From NCBI RefSeq assembly GCF_001194135.2, contig NC_069000.1, forward strand, positions 40,160,028-40,205,435: a stretch of 45,408 nt of DNA, given 5' to 3'. A model generated the notes under the pieces. The model was given only the letters and a program-made list of their open reading frames with translations, was not told the DNA's origin and did no database searches. A program made the position numbers and the translations under genes. Shown one piece after another: positions 10,518-22,540 of the stretch (position 1 is the first letter of the stretch; each line of letters starts with the position of its first letter). This DNA comes from Octopus bimaculoides (lineage: Eukaryota).

Positions 10518-12218
10518 TACAAATTGTCTCAAAAATTCACATAAGAAAAAAATAATACTGTATAATGGATGACACGGTAAAGTTTTAGAAATTATCGTAG
10601 TGGCCGCAAGCTATCTCGTGCTCAGATCATCGTTAACTTCCATGGATGTCAGATTCCATCCAGTTAGAAATTGTCATTGTTTTTACATTGGATATTGAAG
10701 AATGTATTTGTTTTAAGGTTAACATGCATCTATGAGGGAAAAAATTAAATTGCACCAGAAGTGACAATAGAGAAATTAATTAATATCACAAACGCAGGTA
10801 CCAGGTCACATAATATCTTCTTGTGAAAGTATAAACATTTCTGAAATAGCAGCCGAGGTACATATATCCAACAACACCGGTGAAAAACTTCAGAGATGCG
10901 TTTGATATGAGTGGGCTTCTTGCGTTAGTTTAAGCCACACGTATATGTAGACGTGAACCATTCTTTAAATATTGTTCATCCAATGATGAAAGCTTCTATA
11001 CACATACTATCAACGGACAGTAGGTGCTTGCCAAGAAGAAACTCAAGAGATAATACAGAACCGAAGTTGCTTTATTTACCTTGTATCTATATGACCGTAA
11101 GCGACAAAATAGGTTCAGAGATATTGGAAAAGCTATTTGTACGTTCTATGCAGTATCTTGTCATATAAATATGTCGTCACTTCTGGTTTCAAGCACAATT
11201 TACTTTCACTTTTTTACGACACTAACATGCATGTTAATCTTGTTTTATCATCAGCTATCCTTCTTCCGCTGCTAGTGAAGTGGATGCCAATCAATTTACA
11301 ATTAAGGCAAAGACAGCTGTTGATTTCTAAGTTGATAATCGAAATGTTAGCAGTTCGCATCTTTTTGTTGGCGAAGCACATTGATAAAAATATCTATAAG
11401 ATTTGAATTTTTAAGAATTTTCTAGACTATATAGACTTTAATAATTGTTTTCTTTTTAAGTAAAAGTTATATAATTCCGACTAATCAATAGTCAGTTTTC
11501 TCCATTATAGATCAGAGGCAGTTTTCATTATTAAAGTATAGAAATCGAAGAGAAGAAAATAAATGATAAGTGGAAAATAAGAATGCGACAGACTAAATAT
11601 AGATAACCTAATACCTTAACCTGCATAGTTGGCGTAAACTAACCTGAAGTATTACTTTAACATTATTTAGTTATTTAGAGCGGCTCAGTCACCGAAGCAT
11701 AAAACTATCAACTATTTATGTTCTTCCTTTTTTTATTCTTTGTTGTCAACAAAGCCAGACCTTGTTTTTTGTTTTAATTTTTTTTTTAGATAATTTCATA
11801 AACACAAACCAAGCTATTCTTTAAGATAGCAGAATTATTTTGTTAATTACGTATAATATAAATCTCTAATTATACATGCGTATCATATATATTGTATGTA
11901 TGTATGTATGTATGTATGTATGTATGTATGTATGTATGTATAGATAGAGCTACACAGGAAAAAGAATTTTCTGTTTTATGTATTAGTATCTACATATTTT
12001 GACGACTGAATGTAAACTATTTGTCCACTCCTACACCGCGTAATGCACCTCGCCTATATCAATATATACTACAATAGTTGAAGAGAAATTTGACCTTATA
12101 AACATATAATAACGAAATTAGAAGCAATTCAGCTTACTCGGCCACTAAACGGAGGCACCTTGGGCCGACCAAAGCCTTGTTAGTGGATTTGGTAGACGGA
12201 AACTGGAAGAAGCCCGTC

Positions 12219-12258
<40 letters not shown>

Positions 12259-12943
12259 GTGTAATTTTCACATTAAATTCCGATAAAATCATAATTTTAC
12301 ACCATCTGAAAGGTATTGATAGTGTAGTGCACACTGCCCAAGAACTTCTAACAGGCGAACTGGAGAAAGGACATGCGGGTTAGCTAGTAAGCTGGTCTGC
12401 AGTGAAGGGGATTTCCGGGTCGGCGAGATTTTTCCGAAGCAGGAGTCGGCCGATCGCTCTCGCCCTTAACCGAATGTAAGAGAATAAATTCTGAAGCAAC
12501 ACTCTTGTTCTCCTTTGATCTTTTTTTTGTGTGTGTGTGTGTGTGTGTAGCTTAATAAAAGCTATAACTGAAAATTTCATGAAAAATATATCCATTTTTC
12601 TGTGAGTTATAGGGAAACAAATTAAACTTTGAAGAGTGGGGCACAGTTGTGTAGGTTTGCCTGCACCTCTTTTATTTATATTTCTAAACCTTATCAAACC
12701 GATTACAGTCTATCATGAACTTACTAATTAGCAGCACAAATGGGATGACCTAGTTTTCGGCGACCTCACAGTGGTAACAATATTTCATAGGCCACACATT
12801 CTGGGCGACAGCAGTGGTCGACTAAATTTATTGATTTCAGCGCGATTTGAACTCAGATGTAAGTAAAGTAAATGTTGTTACTATATACTGCTGTTTTATC
12901 GATTATACCACTCTCTGCCTCGATAATAACAATAATAATAATA

Positions 12944-13337
12944 AGACCAGATATAGTTGTCAAAGATCACGAAGGAAAAAAATGCTTCTAATTGATGTAT
13001 CAATACCAGCAGATGACAACGTTTCCCTAAAAGAAATGGAGAAACTTTCAAAATACAAAGACCTGCAAATAGAGGTAACTCGAATGTGGAATCTAAAAAC
13101 AGAACCAATTCCTGTCATAGTAGGTGCCTTAGGTATAATAAAAAAATATTCAGACAAATATATAACAAAAACATCAGGACTTACAAATATATATAACATA
13201 CAGAAAATTGCACTACTGGGCACTGCACACATCCTATGCAAAACATTTTCAATACAGTAACCATAAGAGCATCACAGCAAACCACAGCACATACCCAAGG
13301 CACACAGAGCTGCGCTCGGTAGTGAAGTGAAGGCACG
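12944..13337 (+). mobile_element. 5'-truncated R4/Dong-like non-LTR retrotransposon: C-terminal restriction-like endonuclease (RLE) domain plus 3' UTR
   Basis: RPDIVVKDHEGKK(frameshift near 12985)LIDVSIP...EMEKLSKYKDL...PVIVGALG...IQKIALLGTAHIL, stop at 13258-13260. This is a PD-(D/E)xK-type RLE motif set. The 5' junction abuts (AAT)n and the 3' end runs into a gap. Confidence 0.85.
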
Positions 13338-14548
13338 NNNNNNNNNNNNNNNNNNNNNNNNNNNNNNNNNNNNNNNNNNNNNNNNNNNNNNNNNNNNNNN
13401 NNNNNNNNNNNNNNNNNNNNNNNNNNNNNNNNNNNNNNNNNNNNNNNNNNNNNNNNNNNNNNNNNNNNNNNNNNNNNNNNNNNNNNNNNNNNNNNNNNNN
13501 NNNNNNNNNNNNNNNNNNNNNNNNNNNNNNNNNNNNNNNNNNNNNNNNNNNNNNNNNNNNNNNNNNNNNNNNNNNNNNNNNNNNNNNNNNNNNNNNNNNN
13601 NNNNNNNNNNNNNNNNNNNNNNNNNNNNNNNNNNNNNNNNNNNNNNNNNNNNNNNNNNNNNNNNNNNNNNNNNNNNNNNNNNNNNNNNNNNNNNNNNNNN
13701 NNNNNNNNNNNNNNNNNNNNNNNNNNNNNNNNNNNNNNNNNNNNNNNNNNNNNNNNNNNNNNNNNNNNNNNNNNNNNNNNNNNNNNNNNNNNNNNNNNNN
13801 NNNNNNNNNNNNNNNNNNNNNNNNNNNNNNNNNNNNNNNNNNNNNNNNNNNNNNNNNNNNNNNNNNNNNNNNNNNNNNNNNNNNNNNNNNNNNNNNNNNN
13901 NNNNNNNNNNNNNNNNNNNNNNNNNNNNNNNNNNNNNNNNNNNNNNNNNNNNNNNNNNNNNNNNNNNNNNNNNNNNNNNNNNNNNNNNNNNNNNNNNNNN
14001 NNNNNNNNNNNNNNNNNNNNNNNNNNNNNNNNNNNNNNNNNNNNNNNNNNNNNNNNNNNNNNNNNNNNNNNNNNNNNNNNNNNNNNNNNNNNNNNNNNNN
14101 NNNNNNNNNNNNNNNNNNNNNNNNNNNNNNNNNNNNNNNNNNNNNNNNNNNNNNNNNNNNNNNNNNNNNNNNNNNNNNNNNNNNNNNNNNNNNNNNNNNN
14201 NNNNNNNNNNNNNNNNNNNNNNNNNNNNNNNNNNNNNNNNNNNNNNNNNNNNNNNNNNNNNNNNNNNNNNNNNNNNNNNNGACGAAAAAAAGTTGGGGAT
14301 AATTTACATAAATCGATTTTATTTTCTCATAACTTTCAGAAAAACATGGGGCATTTTTAAAATGAAATTTTCTACAAGTACTTCTCAATTATATTGGAAT
14401 TTTGTCCGAAAAAAAAAAAAAAAATGTGTGCGTATGCATGAGTTCTGACACAAATTAAATATATACCTACAAAATGGAACATGGAATTTTGAAAAAATTA
14501 TGCGATGTATGTATGTGTATGCGCTCACCGATGTTGCTCTTGACATTT

Positions 14549-14990
14549 GTGAGCTGGTAGAATCGTCAGCACGCTGGACAAAATGCTTAGCGGTATTTCG
14601 CCCGTCGCTACGTTCTGAGTTCAAATTCCGCCGAAGTCGACTTTACCTTTCATCCTTTCGGGGTCGATAAATTAAGAACCAGTCAATCACTAGGGTCAAT
14701 ATGATCGACTATTCTCCCACTCCTCACAAATTCTAGGCCTTGTGCCTATAGTAGAAAGGATTATTAAAGTGTTGAGCTAGCAGAATCAATTAGCACACCG
14801 GACAAAATGCTTAGCGGCATTTCTTCCGGATTAAGTTCTGAGTTCAAATACTGCCGAGGTCGATTATGCCTTTTATCCCTTCCAGGTCAATAAAAGAAGT
14901 ACCATTAGAGTGCTGGGGGTCGATGTAATCGACTAGCTTCGCCACCACTAAAATTTCACGCCTTGTGCCTAATGAGTAAGAAGCATTGTT
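14549..14990 (+). mobile_element. Two tandem SINE family C copies (14549-14765, 14770-14990), tail type 2
   Basis: Both have the head and core and end ...GCCTTGTGCCTA(T)AGTAGAAAGGATTATT-like. Confidence 0.8.
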
Positions 14991-15390
14991 GTAAGAATCA
15001 TTTGAGAAGCCAAGACCGAGTTCTTAATTCGAAAGGCATTTTGTTTTTCTTTGGCAGCACATGACTTAAGTTTTCCCACCAAAAATATATAATAAAGGCA
15101 GAACACAAAGAAACTGCAGAGTATGTGAAGTAAGACGTGTGTAGGCTGTGAAAAAAACAATGAATCACATTGTTTTTAGTTGCTTGGCATAAGCTAAAAT
15201 GGTGCGCATGTGCGTGAGAGGGGGAGAGAGAGAGAGTCTTCATACATTAGAAGCTGTGCCAGTTTTATAATGTATCTTAACCATTATAAACACACCTAAG
15301 TATCAAAAAGTTACACTCTCGAACGCGGTTCATATAACCTTTGAGGGTCCATATAAGATTTTGTTGTTAAAATTTATGTGCAAAAAATTG

Positions 15391-15426
<36 letters not shown>

Positions 15427-15427
<1 letters not shown>

Positions 15428-15643
15428 GCGGCGAGCAGGCAGAAAAGTTAGCACGCCGGGCAAAATGCTTAGCGGTATTTCGTCTGTCTTTATGTTCTGA
15501 ATTCAAATTCCGCCAAGGTCGACTTTGCCTTTCATCCTTTCGAGGTCGATAAAATAAGTACCAGTGAAACTCTGGGATTGATTAAATCTATTTACCCCCT
15601 CCCCCCAAATTCCGGGCCTTGTGCCTAGAGAAGAAATGAATAT
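15427..15643 (+). mobile_element. SINE family C, tail type 2
   Basis: GGCGGCGAGCAGGCAGAAAAGTTAGCACGCCGGGC...GGGCCTTGTGCCTAGAGAAGAAATG. Confidence 0.82.
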
Positions 15644-16014
15644 ATAATTTTTTTATACAATTCCTAATAATATTTAAACATCAAATGGCTATAAGGTTCC
15701 ACCCGAATAAAATAGGAAAATTCAAGTGCTCCATAGATTAAAAAAACAACAAAAAACATGGTTGAGAATACGAAAATGTTTTTAAAAAAGGTGAGGTTTC
15801 TTCAGGTATGATGATATTTTAAGCAGTAAATATTTTCACCTGAATGGAGAAACAGACTAACAAAATTTCATACGCTGTCACGATATAATCTACAAGAATA
15901 ATTGATTCTAAGTAAAGAAGTGATAAAAATGATTATTTGCCCGTTGAGAAAAGCAAGCAGACTTTTGGACATATTTACCCCAAAACCTTAACGCCGTTAT
16001 TCAACTTAATCATA

Positions 16015-16428
16015 GTCATTTAACGTTCACATTTTCCCTTTGCTTGTAATTGTCGGACAGAATTTATTGATGAGGATTTTTCTGCAGCCGGATGCACTTC
16101 TTGTCACCAAACCTCACCTGTTTGCAAATACGGTAAACTATTTCCCTATGGTTGGACACACGCAGTAGATTGGAAACGAAGGAAACCGCTCGCATGACGG
16201 TGACATTCGTTTTACAACTACCAAGCGATTACAAAGCACGGGGACAGCAACACAAGCAAACACACACATATATATATAGGATAGGCTTCTCTCAGTCTCC
16301 GTCTACTAAATCCACTCACAAGGTCGACCCGAGGCTATAGTAGAAGACACTTGCCCAAGGTGTCACGCAGTGGGACTGAATCCAGAACCATGTGGCTGGG
16401 AAGGAAGTTTCTTGCCACGCCTGCGCCC
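16015..16428 (-). mobile_element. Chimeric SINE: family-B left arm + microsatellite + RTE-like 3' tail
   Basis: 16280-16428 is the B left arm. 16015-16230 resembles the RTE-type tail at 4446-4680 (GCAGCCGGATGCACTTCTTGTCACCAAACCTCACCTGTTT vs GCAGCCAGATGCCCTTCCTGTTGCTAAA..CCTGTTT). Confidence 0.6.
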
Positions 16429-16611
16429 GTAGTTGAAGATACTTCCCACGGTGTGACACGGTAGAACTGAACCCGACACCATGTAATTGGGAAGCAAATT
16501 TCTTACCATAACTCTTCGTAAATATACAACACATGGTACACACTGATTTTTACATCATTAGACATGCAGCAATTCTTTCACAGCATCATCGTTAACCCCC
16601 TGCACAAACAT

Positions 16612-16866
16612 TACTACTGCCTCGACTCTAGGACTCTTAGGGCCAGCTACCCGATTCCCATGGGGCATAGGTGACCGAGATCACAACGCTTCTCCTTAAC
16701 AGGATGCCAATCTGTCGCAGAGTCACTAATTTACAGCTGAGTGAACAGGAGCAACGTGAGATGAAGTGTTTCGCTCAAGAACACAACCACCCGCCTGGTT
16801 CCGGGAATCGAAACCATGATCCTGCAATCATGAAGGCAACACCCTAACCACTAGGCCATGCGCCTT
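16612..16866 (-). mobile_element. SINE family D, full length
   Basis: Head GGCGCATGGCCTAGTGGTTAGGG...GGTTTCGATTCCCGG, core TTCTTGAGCGAAACACTTCATCTCACGTTGCTCC, and a distinct tail. Confidence 0.75.
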
Positions 16867-16963
16867 TATTTCAACAAATGATGTTTAAACACACACACAC
16901 ACTATCTCCCCAGATGCACAAATACACTCTCCAGACGTACACATAAACACACACTCCAGATGA

Positions 16964-17045
<82 letters not shown>

Positions 17046-17665
17046 CAGACGCGCGCGCGAACACACTCTCCAGAGGCACACACACACACTCCAGACGCGC
17101 ACAAACACCCACACACGAACTGTCCAGACACACAAACACATACTTCACACACACACACACACACACACTCCAGATACATTTACACACTCCACCAGATAAG
17201 ACACACACACTCACATTCCAGACAAACACCACCGATGCCACCATCAATTCCACCAACCGTGCCGCCGCCACCACCGCCACTAGCAGTGCTACCTTCACCA
17301 TCCAGTACTTTCCCACCTACCACAGCTGGATAGCTCATCCAGCCAGCATCTAAAAATTATCCCTAGCAACAATTGTACTTATTAACCTTATCGGATAACG
17401 GAAGTTTCTCCGCAGTAAATGAAGAAGAGAAGGTGGGGGTGGGGATGATAGAAGGAAAGAAGAGCAGGATGAGAATGGGAATATCAAAGATGGCGGTGGA
17501 GAGAGTTATCATATACACCAATCTAATTTACCTTAATAAATAAATCTTATCGAGCCTGCAGAGAAGTGGCTCCATAGACGAGCAATGAAGATATCCGATT
17601 GCAGAACGAAGATCAAATGTCGATGTCTTAAACCCTTTGCCCGTCCTGTATATCATATGTTATAC

Positions 17666-17974
17666 CAAGGGTCGGCGAACTGGGCTAAATTACCCCATGC
17701 AGGGTAAAAATTAAATTCTTGGGGTAATAAGGACTCATTAAGCATAAATAAGATTACATAAAAAACGTGTTCCTTGTTACGACAGAAATTTTTCTTCTGG
17801 CAACACTACACTGTCCAGTGCAATGGACAGTGTAAATAGATTCATATAAATAGATTCAATAAACCTTTTGAATTCAAAGAATCTATGATTTTCTTCCTTT
17901 CAAGTCAAGGGGGTAACGTCGGCGCAAATAAATATATTTAGGGGTAATTGGTTAAAAAAGTTTCCCGATACAAG
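17666..17974. mobile_element. Decayed hAT-like MITE
   Basis: Left CAAGGGTCGGCGAACT and right AGTTTCCCGATACAAG are imperfect inverted termini, with GGGGTAA subterminal motifs. No intact TSD. Confidence 0.5.
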
Positions 17975-19046
17975 ATGTACTTCCCTGGCGTCCGTGCATC
18001 GTAAACCTTAGCCTGTCTTGTGTAATGCATAGAACGTAAATTACAATTAACGTACAAAAACATACAAAACATAGAATTTCCTTGGCATTCATGCATCGTA
18101 TCGTCCACACACCTATTTTTATTTTAAATACTAGAGTAATTTGGGGCTTATGAAATGAAAGTTTTATAATTACTCAGATCGTACGAAACAAAGGCTAACT
18201 AAAAAGTCTGAAGCAAGCATGGGCGACGTCTGGGACAAACTAATGAAAATGCTTGGATAGTCATTTGGTTAAACAAATAAAAACCCCATCCGGGAAGATT
18301 TTTTTAACAATATAACGAGACAACAGGCTAAAAGCGTTCGATGTTATATGAGAAGTTACTTCGTGACAAAAAAATGTACGGATGAAACCCAGGAAAACAC
18401 ACACAGTCTTAACTGCAGCAGATAAGGAAGCCATTTCCGCGAAGCGGATTGAATGAGACACAGCGAACCGCATTATTAAAAGAAGGAAAAAAGGGAAAAG
18501 AAAAAAACTCAAGGTAATTTTTTTCATTAGACATCATCATCATTAAAACTCCTTTAAATCACACCCTATTGTCTTAAAACAGGAAGAATGCATTTTCCAT
18601 TGAATGCCTTTTCCATTATTTTTCGTGCTTTTTTTTTTAAGACCGTTCCTTTTTAGCTTTTATTTCGCGTTACGCAATTTCTGACAAGACGGGATTGTCA
18701 ACTCTTTTGAATCAGAGTTCAGTGCCCACCATGCGGTAATGAGAATCTCTATGTGGTCACTCAAATTGTTAGAAATAGTAGCCAAAGCGTTCTCTACGGT
18801 CTTGAATAAATATATAGGACTCATTGGATAATGTCGTCTGAGACGGTGTTTGGATATAAGACAGGATGGTTATAGCTGGACCCCTATTGATGGCGGTGGT
18901 GATGTAATAGAGATGGCGGTGCTGCCGTTATTTAACCCCAGCTCAGCTGTGATCGAGCAATCCTACAATGAGCCGTGACCATCACGTCTTCTTCCTATAT
19001 ATAAGGATGCGAAGACTGCATTAATCCAGCGTGGTAGAGTGTGACT

Positions 19047-19453
19047 GAACTCTTTAGCAGTTAGACTGGTCATATCCGGCTCAAATACCCTACCTGTTTG
19101 GTATTCAAACTGGCCAGATTCGATCCGCCATACCCACCTTACAATCATATCATTAAAATCTCGAAGCTATGGTAGGGCGTAGCGTTTAAACCGATCGTAT
19201 TTCAGCTCAAATATTTTACCTGTTTAATATGGTAGCATTTAAACCGATCATATTCCGCCCAAATATTTCACCCGTTTAATGCCCAAACTGGCCAAATCCA
19301 GTCTCTCACACCTACCCTGCTACATCTTTCTAAAGATCAACAATTATGTCATCAAAATTCTCGAAGCTATGAGATAATGCATGATTAATCCCAAACAATT
19401 TTAATAAACAAGTATTACATTCGAGAGAGTAATCTGAATGATATAAAGGTTAA
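19047..19453 (+). mobile_element. piggyBac-like MITE (TTAA right end) with a triplicated left segment
   Basis: Left (GAAC)TCTTTAGCAG vs right CTGAATGATATAAAGG|TTAA form decayed TIRs. The head motif TAGC.TT.AAC.G.TCATAT...C.CAAATA...ACCTGTTT occurs at about 19053, 19180 and 19233. Confidence 0.55.
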
Positions 19454-19940
19454 GGTTTCGCTTCTATTTCTAACAGGTCGAGACTAGTATTGTTGTTTGA
19501 AAGTGTTGGAGATAATGGGGCGTTACAGGTGATGGCAAGATGTATCAGTTGTAGTAGAGATGTGATGATATGAAGAATGGTTAGATTGAGGATAAAGATG
19601 GTGGTAGTCGTTGTAGTTTTAGAAGGAACAGGGTGGAAGATATGAAGGCAAACAAGACACAAAGGAGAGAAAGAGGTGAAGAGGAAATAGAAGGTAGATG
19701 TAAAAAAGACAAAAGAAGGGGAGGAAAGAGAGGAAGAAAAACAAAGGGGGAGACGGAGAAATGTGGGTCAGCAATTTATTTAGTAACACACACACACATA
19801 CATACACACCCAAACACACACTTAAATACATGTACGGAGACATACAGACAGTACACACACACCACACAAGGACAACACGTACACACATACACAAGGACAA
19901 CACATACACATTTACACTACATACATATACAGACAGTACA

Positions 19941-20015
19941 CAAGCAGACGACAGACAAGCAGACGACAGACAAGCAGACGACAGACACGCAGACGACAGA
20001 CACGCAGACGACACA
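19941..20015 (+). repeat. 15-bp minisatellite x5 (CAAGCAGACGACAGA)
   Basis: Read directly; the last two units begin CACG. Confidence 0.9.
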
Positions 20016-20763
20016 GAAAAAACATGCGCGCGCACACACACACACACATACACGGAAACAACACACGGGTAGCGCACACATACACGCACAGAGGCAACAC
20101 GTAGACACACATGCATGCACAGAGGCAACACAGACATATACACACACTGAGGCAATACACATACAAACAACAGAAGTAAGCACATACATACACACATACT
20201 GAGCAACTAGAGAGAAGAAATACTTGTGCGGAGGGAGTGGGAGGAAAGATAGAGTAGGTCTTAAAACGAGAGAGAATAAGAGAAGCGTGAAGGAAGGAGG
20301 AGGGGAGGTAAATACTGAATAGCAAGTATAGTGAGGAAGACACGGGGAGGAGGAGAAGAGGGATGAAGATGAAGGCAAAGGAAGAGGAGAAGATAATGAG
20401 CAAAAAGGAAGGTGATATTGTCACTGCGAGCTAGTCTCACATTCCTCAAATATCTCTGATGATGACAACAGCGTCAACAGTTTTTATATATATTAACTAC
20501 ACTTCTAACATTAATGACAATACCAAACAACCCCCCATGAGCCTAAACGGTCGCTCAAACCACTGAAAATAACAGTTAGCTCTCCCTCAAATTATATCTT
20601 ACTTTAGACGCAGCCCTGGCTGTGTGGTTTAGGAAGGTCGCTTTGCAACCTGATAGTTTTTTCGGGTTCTGTTCGTCCCACAGCTAGGCACGTTGGACAA
20701 GTGTCTTCTATACACTCGTATGGTAGACAGTAACCGAAAGAAGCCCATAGAGTCACTGTGTGT

Positions 20764-20876
20764 ATACGCAATCTTTCGGTATTAGTAGACAACGTCATTC
20801 GCCTACACAATGTTTCCTCGTAATATACAGAAGCAAAGAGGGTAAAAGACGTCGTCTACTAATACCGAAAGATTGC

Positions 20877-20880
<4 letters not shown>
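20764..20880. repeat. Compact inverted repeat (33-bp arms, 23-bp perfect core, 51-nt spacer); small MITE or RNA hairpin
   Basis: GCAATCTTTCGGTATTAGTAGAC (20768-20790) is the exact reverse complement of 20854-20876. The arms extend with two mismatches. Confidence 0.9.
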
Positions 20881-20918
<38 letters not shown>

Positions 20919-21774
20919 NNNNNNNNNNNNNNNNNNNNNNNNNNNNNNNNNNNNNNNNNNNNNNNNNNNNNNNNNNNNNNNNNNNNNNNNNNNNNNNNNN
21001 NNNNNNNNNNNNNNNNNNNNNNNNNNNNNNNNNNNNNNNNNNNNNNNNNNNNNNNNNNNNNNNNNNNNNNNNNNNNNNNNNNNNNNNNNNNNNNNNNNNN
21101 NNNNNNNNNNNNNNNNNNNNNNNNNNNNNNNNNNNNNNNNNNNNNNNNNNNNNNNNNNNNNNNNNNNNNNNNNNNNNNNNNNNNNNNNNNNNNNNNNNNN
21201 NNNNNNNNNNNNNNNNNNNNNNNNNNNNNNNNNNNNNNNNNNNNNNNNNNNNNNNNNNNNNNNNNNNNNNNNNNNNNNNNNNNNNNNNNNNNNNNNNNNN
21301 NNNNNNNNNNNNNNNNNNNNNNNNNNNNNNNNNNNNNNNNNNNNNNNNNNNNNNNNNNNNNNNNNNNNNNNNNNNNNNNNNNNNNNNNNNNNNNNNNNNN
21401 NNNNNNNNNNNNNNNNNNNNNNNNNNNNNNNNNNNNNNNNNNNNNNNNNNNNNNNNNNNNNNNNNNNNNNNNNNNNNNNNNNNNNNNNNNNNNNNNNNNN
21501 NNNNNNNNNNNNNNNNNNNNNNNNNNNNNNNNNNNNNNNNNNNNNNNNNNNNNNNNNNNNNNNNNNNNNNNNNNNNNNNNNNNNNNNNNNNNNNNNNNNN
21601 NNNNNNNNNNNNNNNNNNNNNNNNNNNNNNNNNNNNNNNNNNNNNNNNNNNNNNNNNNNNNNNNNNNNNNNNNNNNNNNNNNNNNNNNNNNNNNNNNNNN
21701 NNNNNNNNNNNNNNNNNNNNNNNNNNNNNNNNNNNNNNNNNNNNNNNNNNNNNNNNNNNNNNNNNNNNNNNNAC

Positions 21775-22010
21775 AGACACAAACACAAAAATACAATACG
21801 ACGGGCCTCTTTCCGTTTTTGTCAACGAAATCACCTCACAAAGCACTGGTCGGCCAGAAGTTGTAGCACAACACACTTGTCCAAAGTGCCACGCAGTGGG
21901 ACTGAACCCGAACCATGTGGTTGGGAAGCAAGCTTCGTGCCACGCAGTGGGACTGAACCCGAACCATGTGGTTGGGAAGCAAGCTTCTTACCACACAACC
22001 ACGCCTGCAG
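21775..22010 (-). mobile_element. SINE family B left arm with an internal exact 51-bp tandem duplication (21886-21936 / 21937-21987)
   Basis: GTGCCACGCAGTGGGACTGAACCCGAACCATGTGGTTGGGAAGCAAGCTTC occurs twice. Confidence 0.8.
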
Positions 22011-22081
22011 ATAAACAAATTAGATCAAATATATTAGATATATTAAATACATCAAATACAATATATGTATTTATGTATAGT

Positions 22082-22400
22082 GGAGGCGCAATGGGCTAGT
22101 GGTTAGGGCAGCGGACTTGCGGTCATAGGATCGCGGTTTCGATTCCCAGACTGGGCGTTGTGAGTGTTTATTGAGCGAAAATACCTAAAGCTCCACGAGG
22201 CTCCGGCAGGGGGGGGGGTGAACCCTGCTGTATTCTTTCACCACAACTTTCTCTCACTCTTTCTTCCTGTTTCTGTTGTACCTGCATTTCAAAGGGGCCA
22301 GCCTTGTCACACTGTGTCACGCTGAATATCCCCGAGAACTACGTGTCTATGGAGTGCTCAACCACTTGCACGTAAAATTTCACGAGCAGGCCCGTTCCGT
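22082..22400 (+). mobile_element. SINE family A, 3'-truncated
   Basis: Same head and body as 7841-8200; ends in (ATC/ATT)n. Confidence 0.85.
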
Positions 22401-22465
22401 TGTATCATTATCATTATTACTACCATTATTATTATCATCATCATCATCATCATTATTATTATTAT

Positions 22466-22540
22466 TCAGGTCACTGCCTGGAATCGAACTCGGAATCTTG
22501 GGGTTAGTAGACTGTGCCCTTGACCATTACACCATATGCC
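22466..22540 (-). mobile_element. Short tRNA-like SINE or tRNA pseudogene (family G) with an (AAT/GAT)n tail
   Basis: Reverse complement GGCATATGGTGTAATGGTCAAGGGCACAGTCTACTAACCCCAAGATTCCGAGTTCGATTCCAGGCAGTGACC has A- and B-boxes, but the acceptor and anticodon stems do not pair. Confidence 0.65.

Noticed and set aside
18261-18527. Minus-strand ORF with a possible phase-0 donor GAA|GTAACT
   Set aside because: Weak donor, low-complexity start and no other support.
19619-20424. ORFs of 150-195 aa containing QADDR/SSACL repeats
   Set aside because: They derive from a 15-bp minisatellite and (CA)/(GA) tracts open in several frames.
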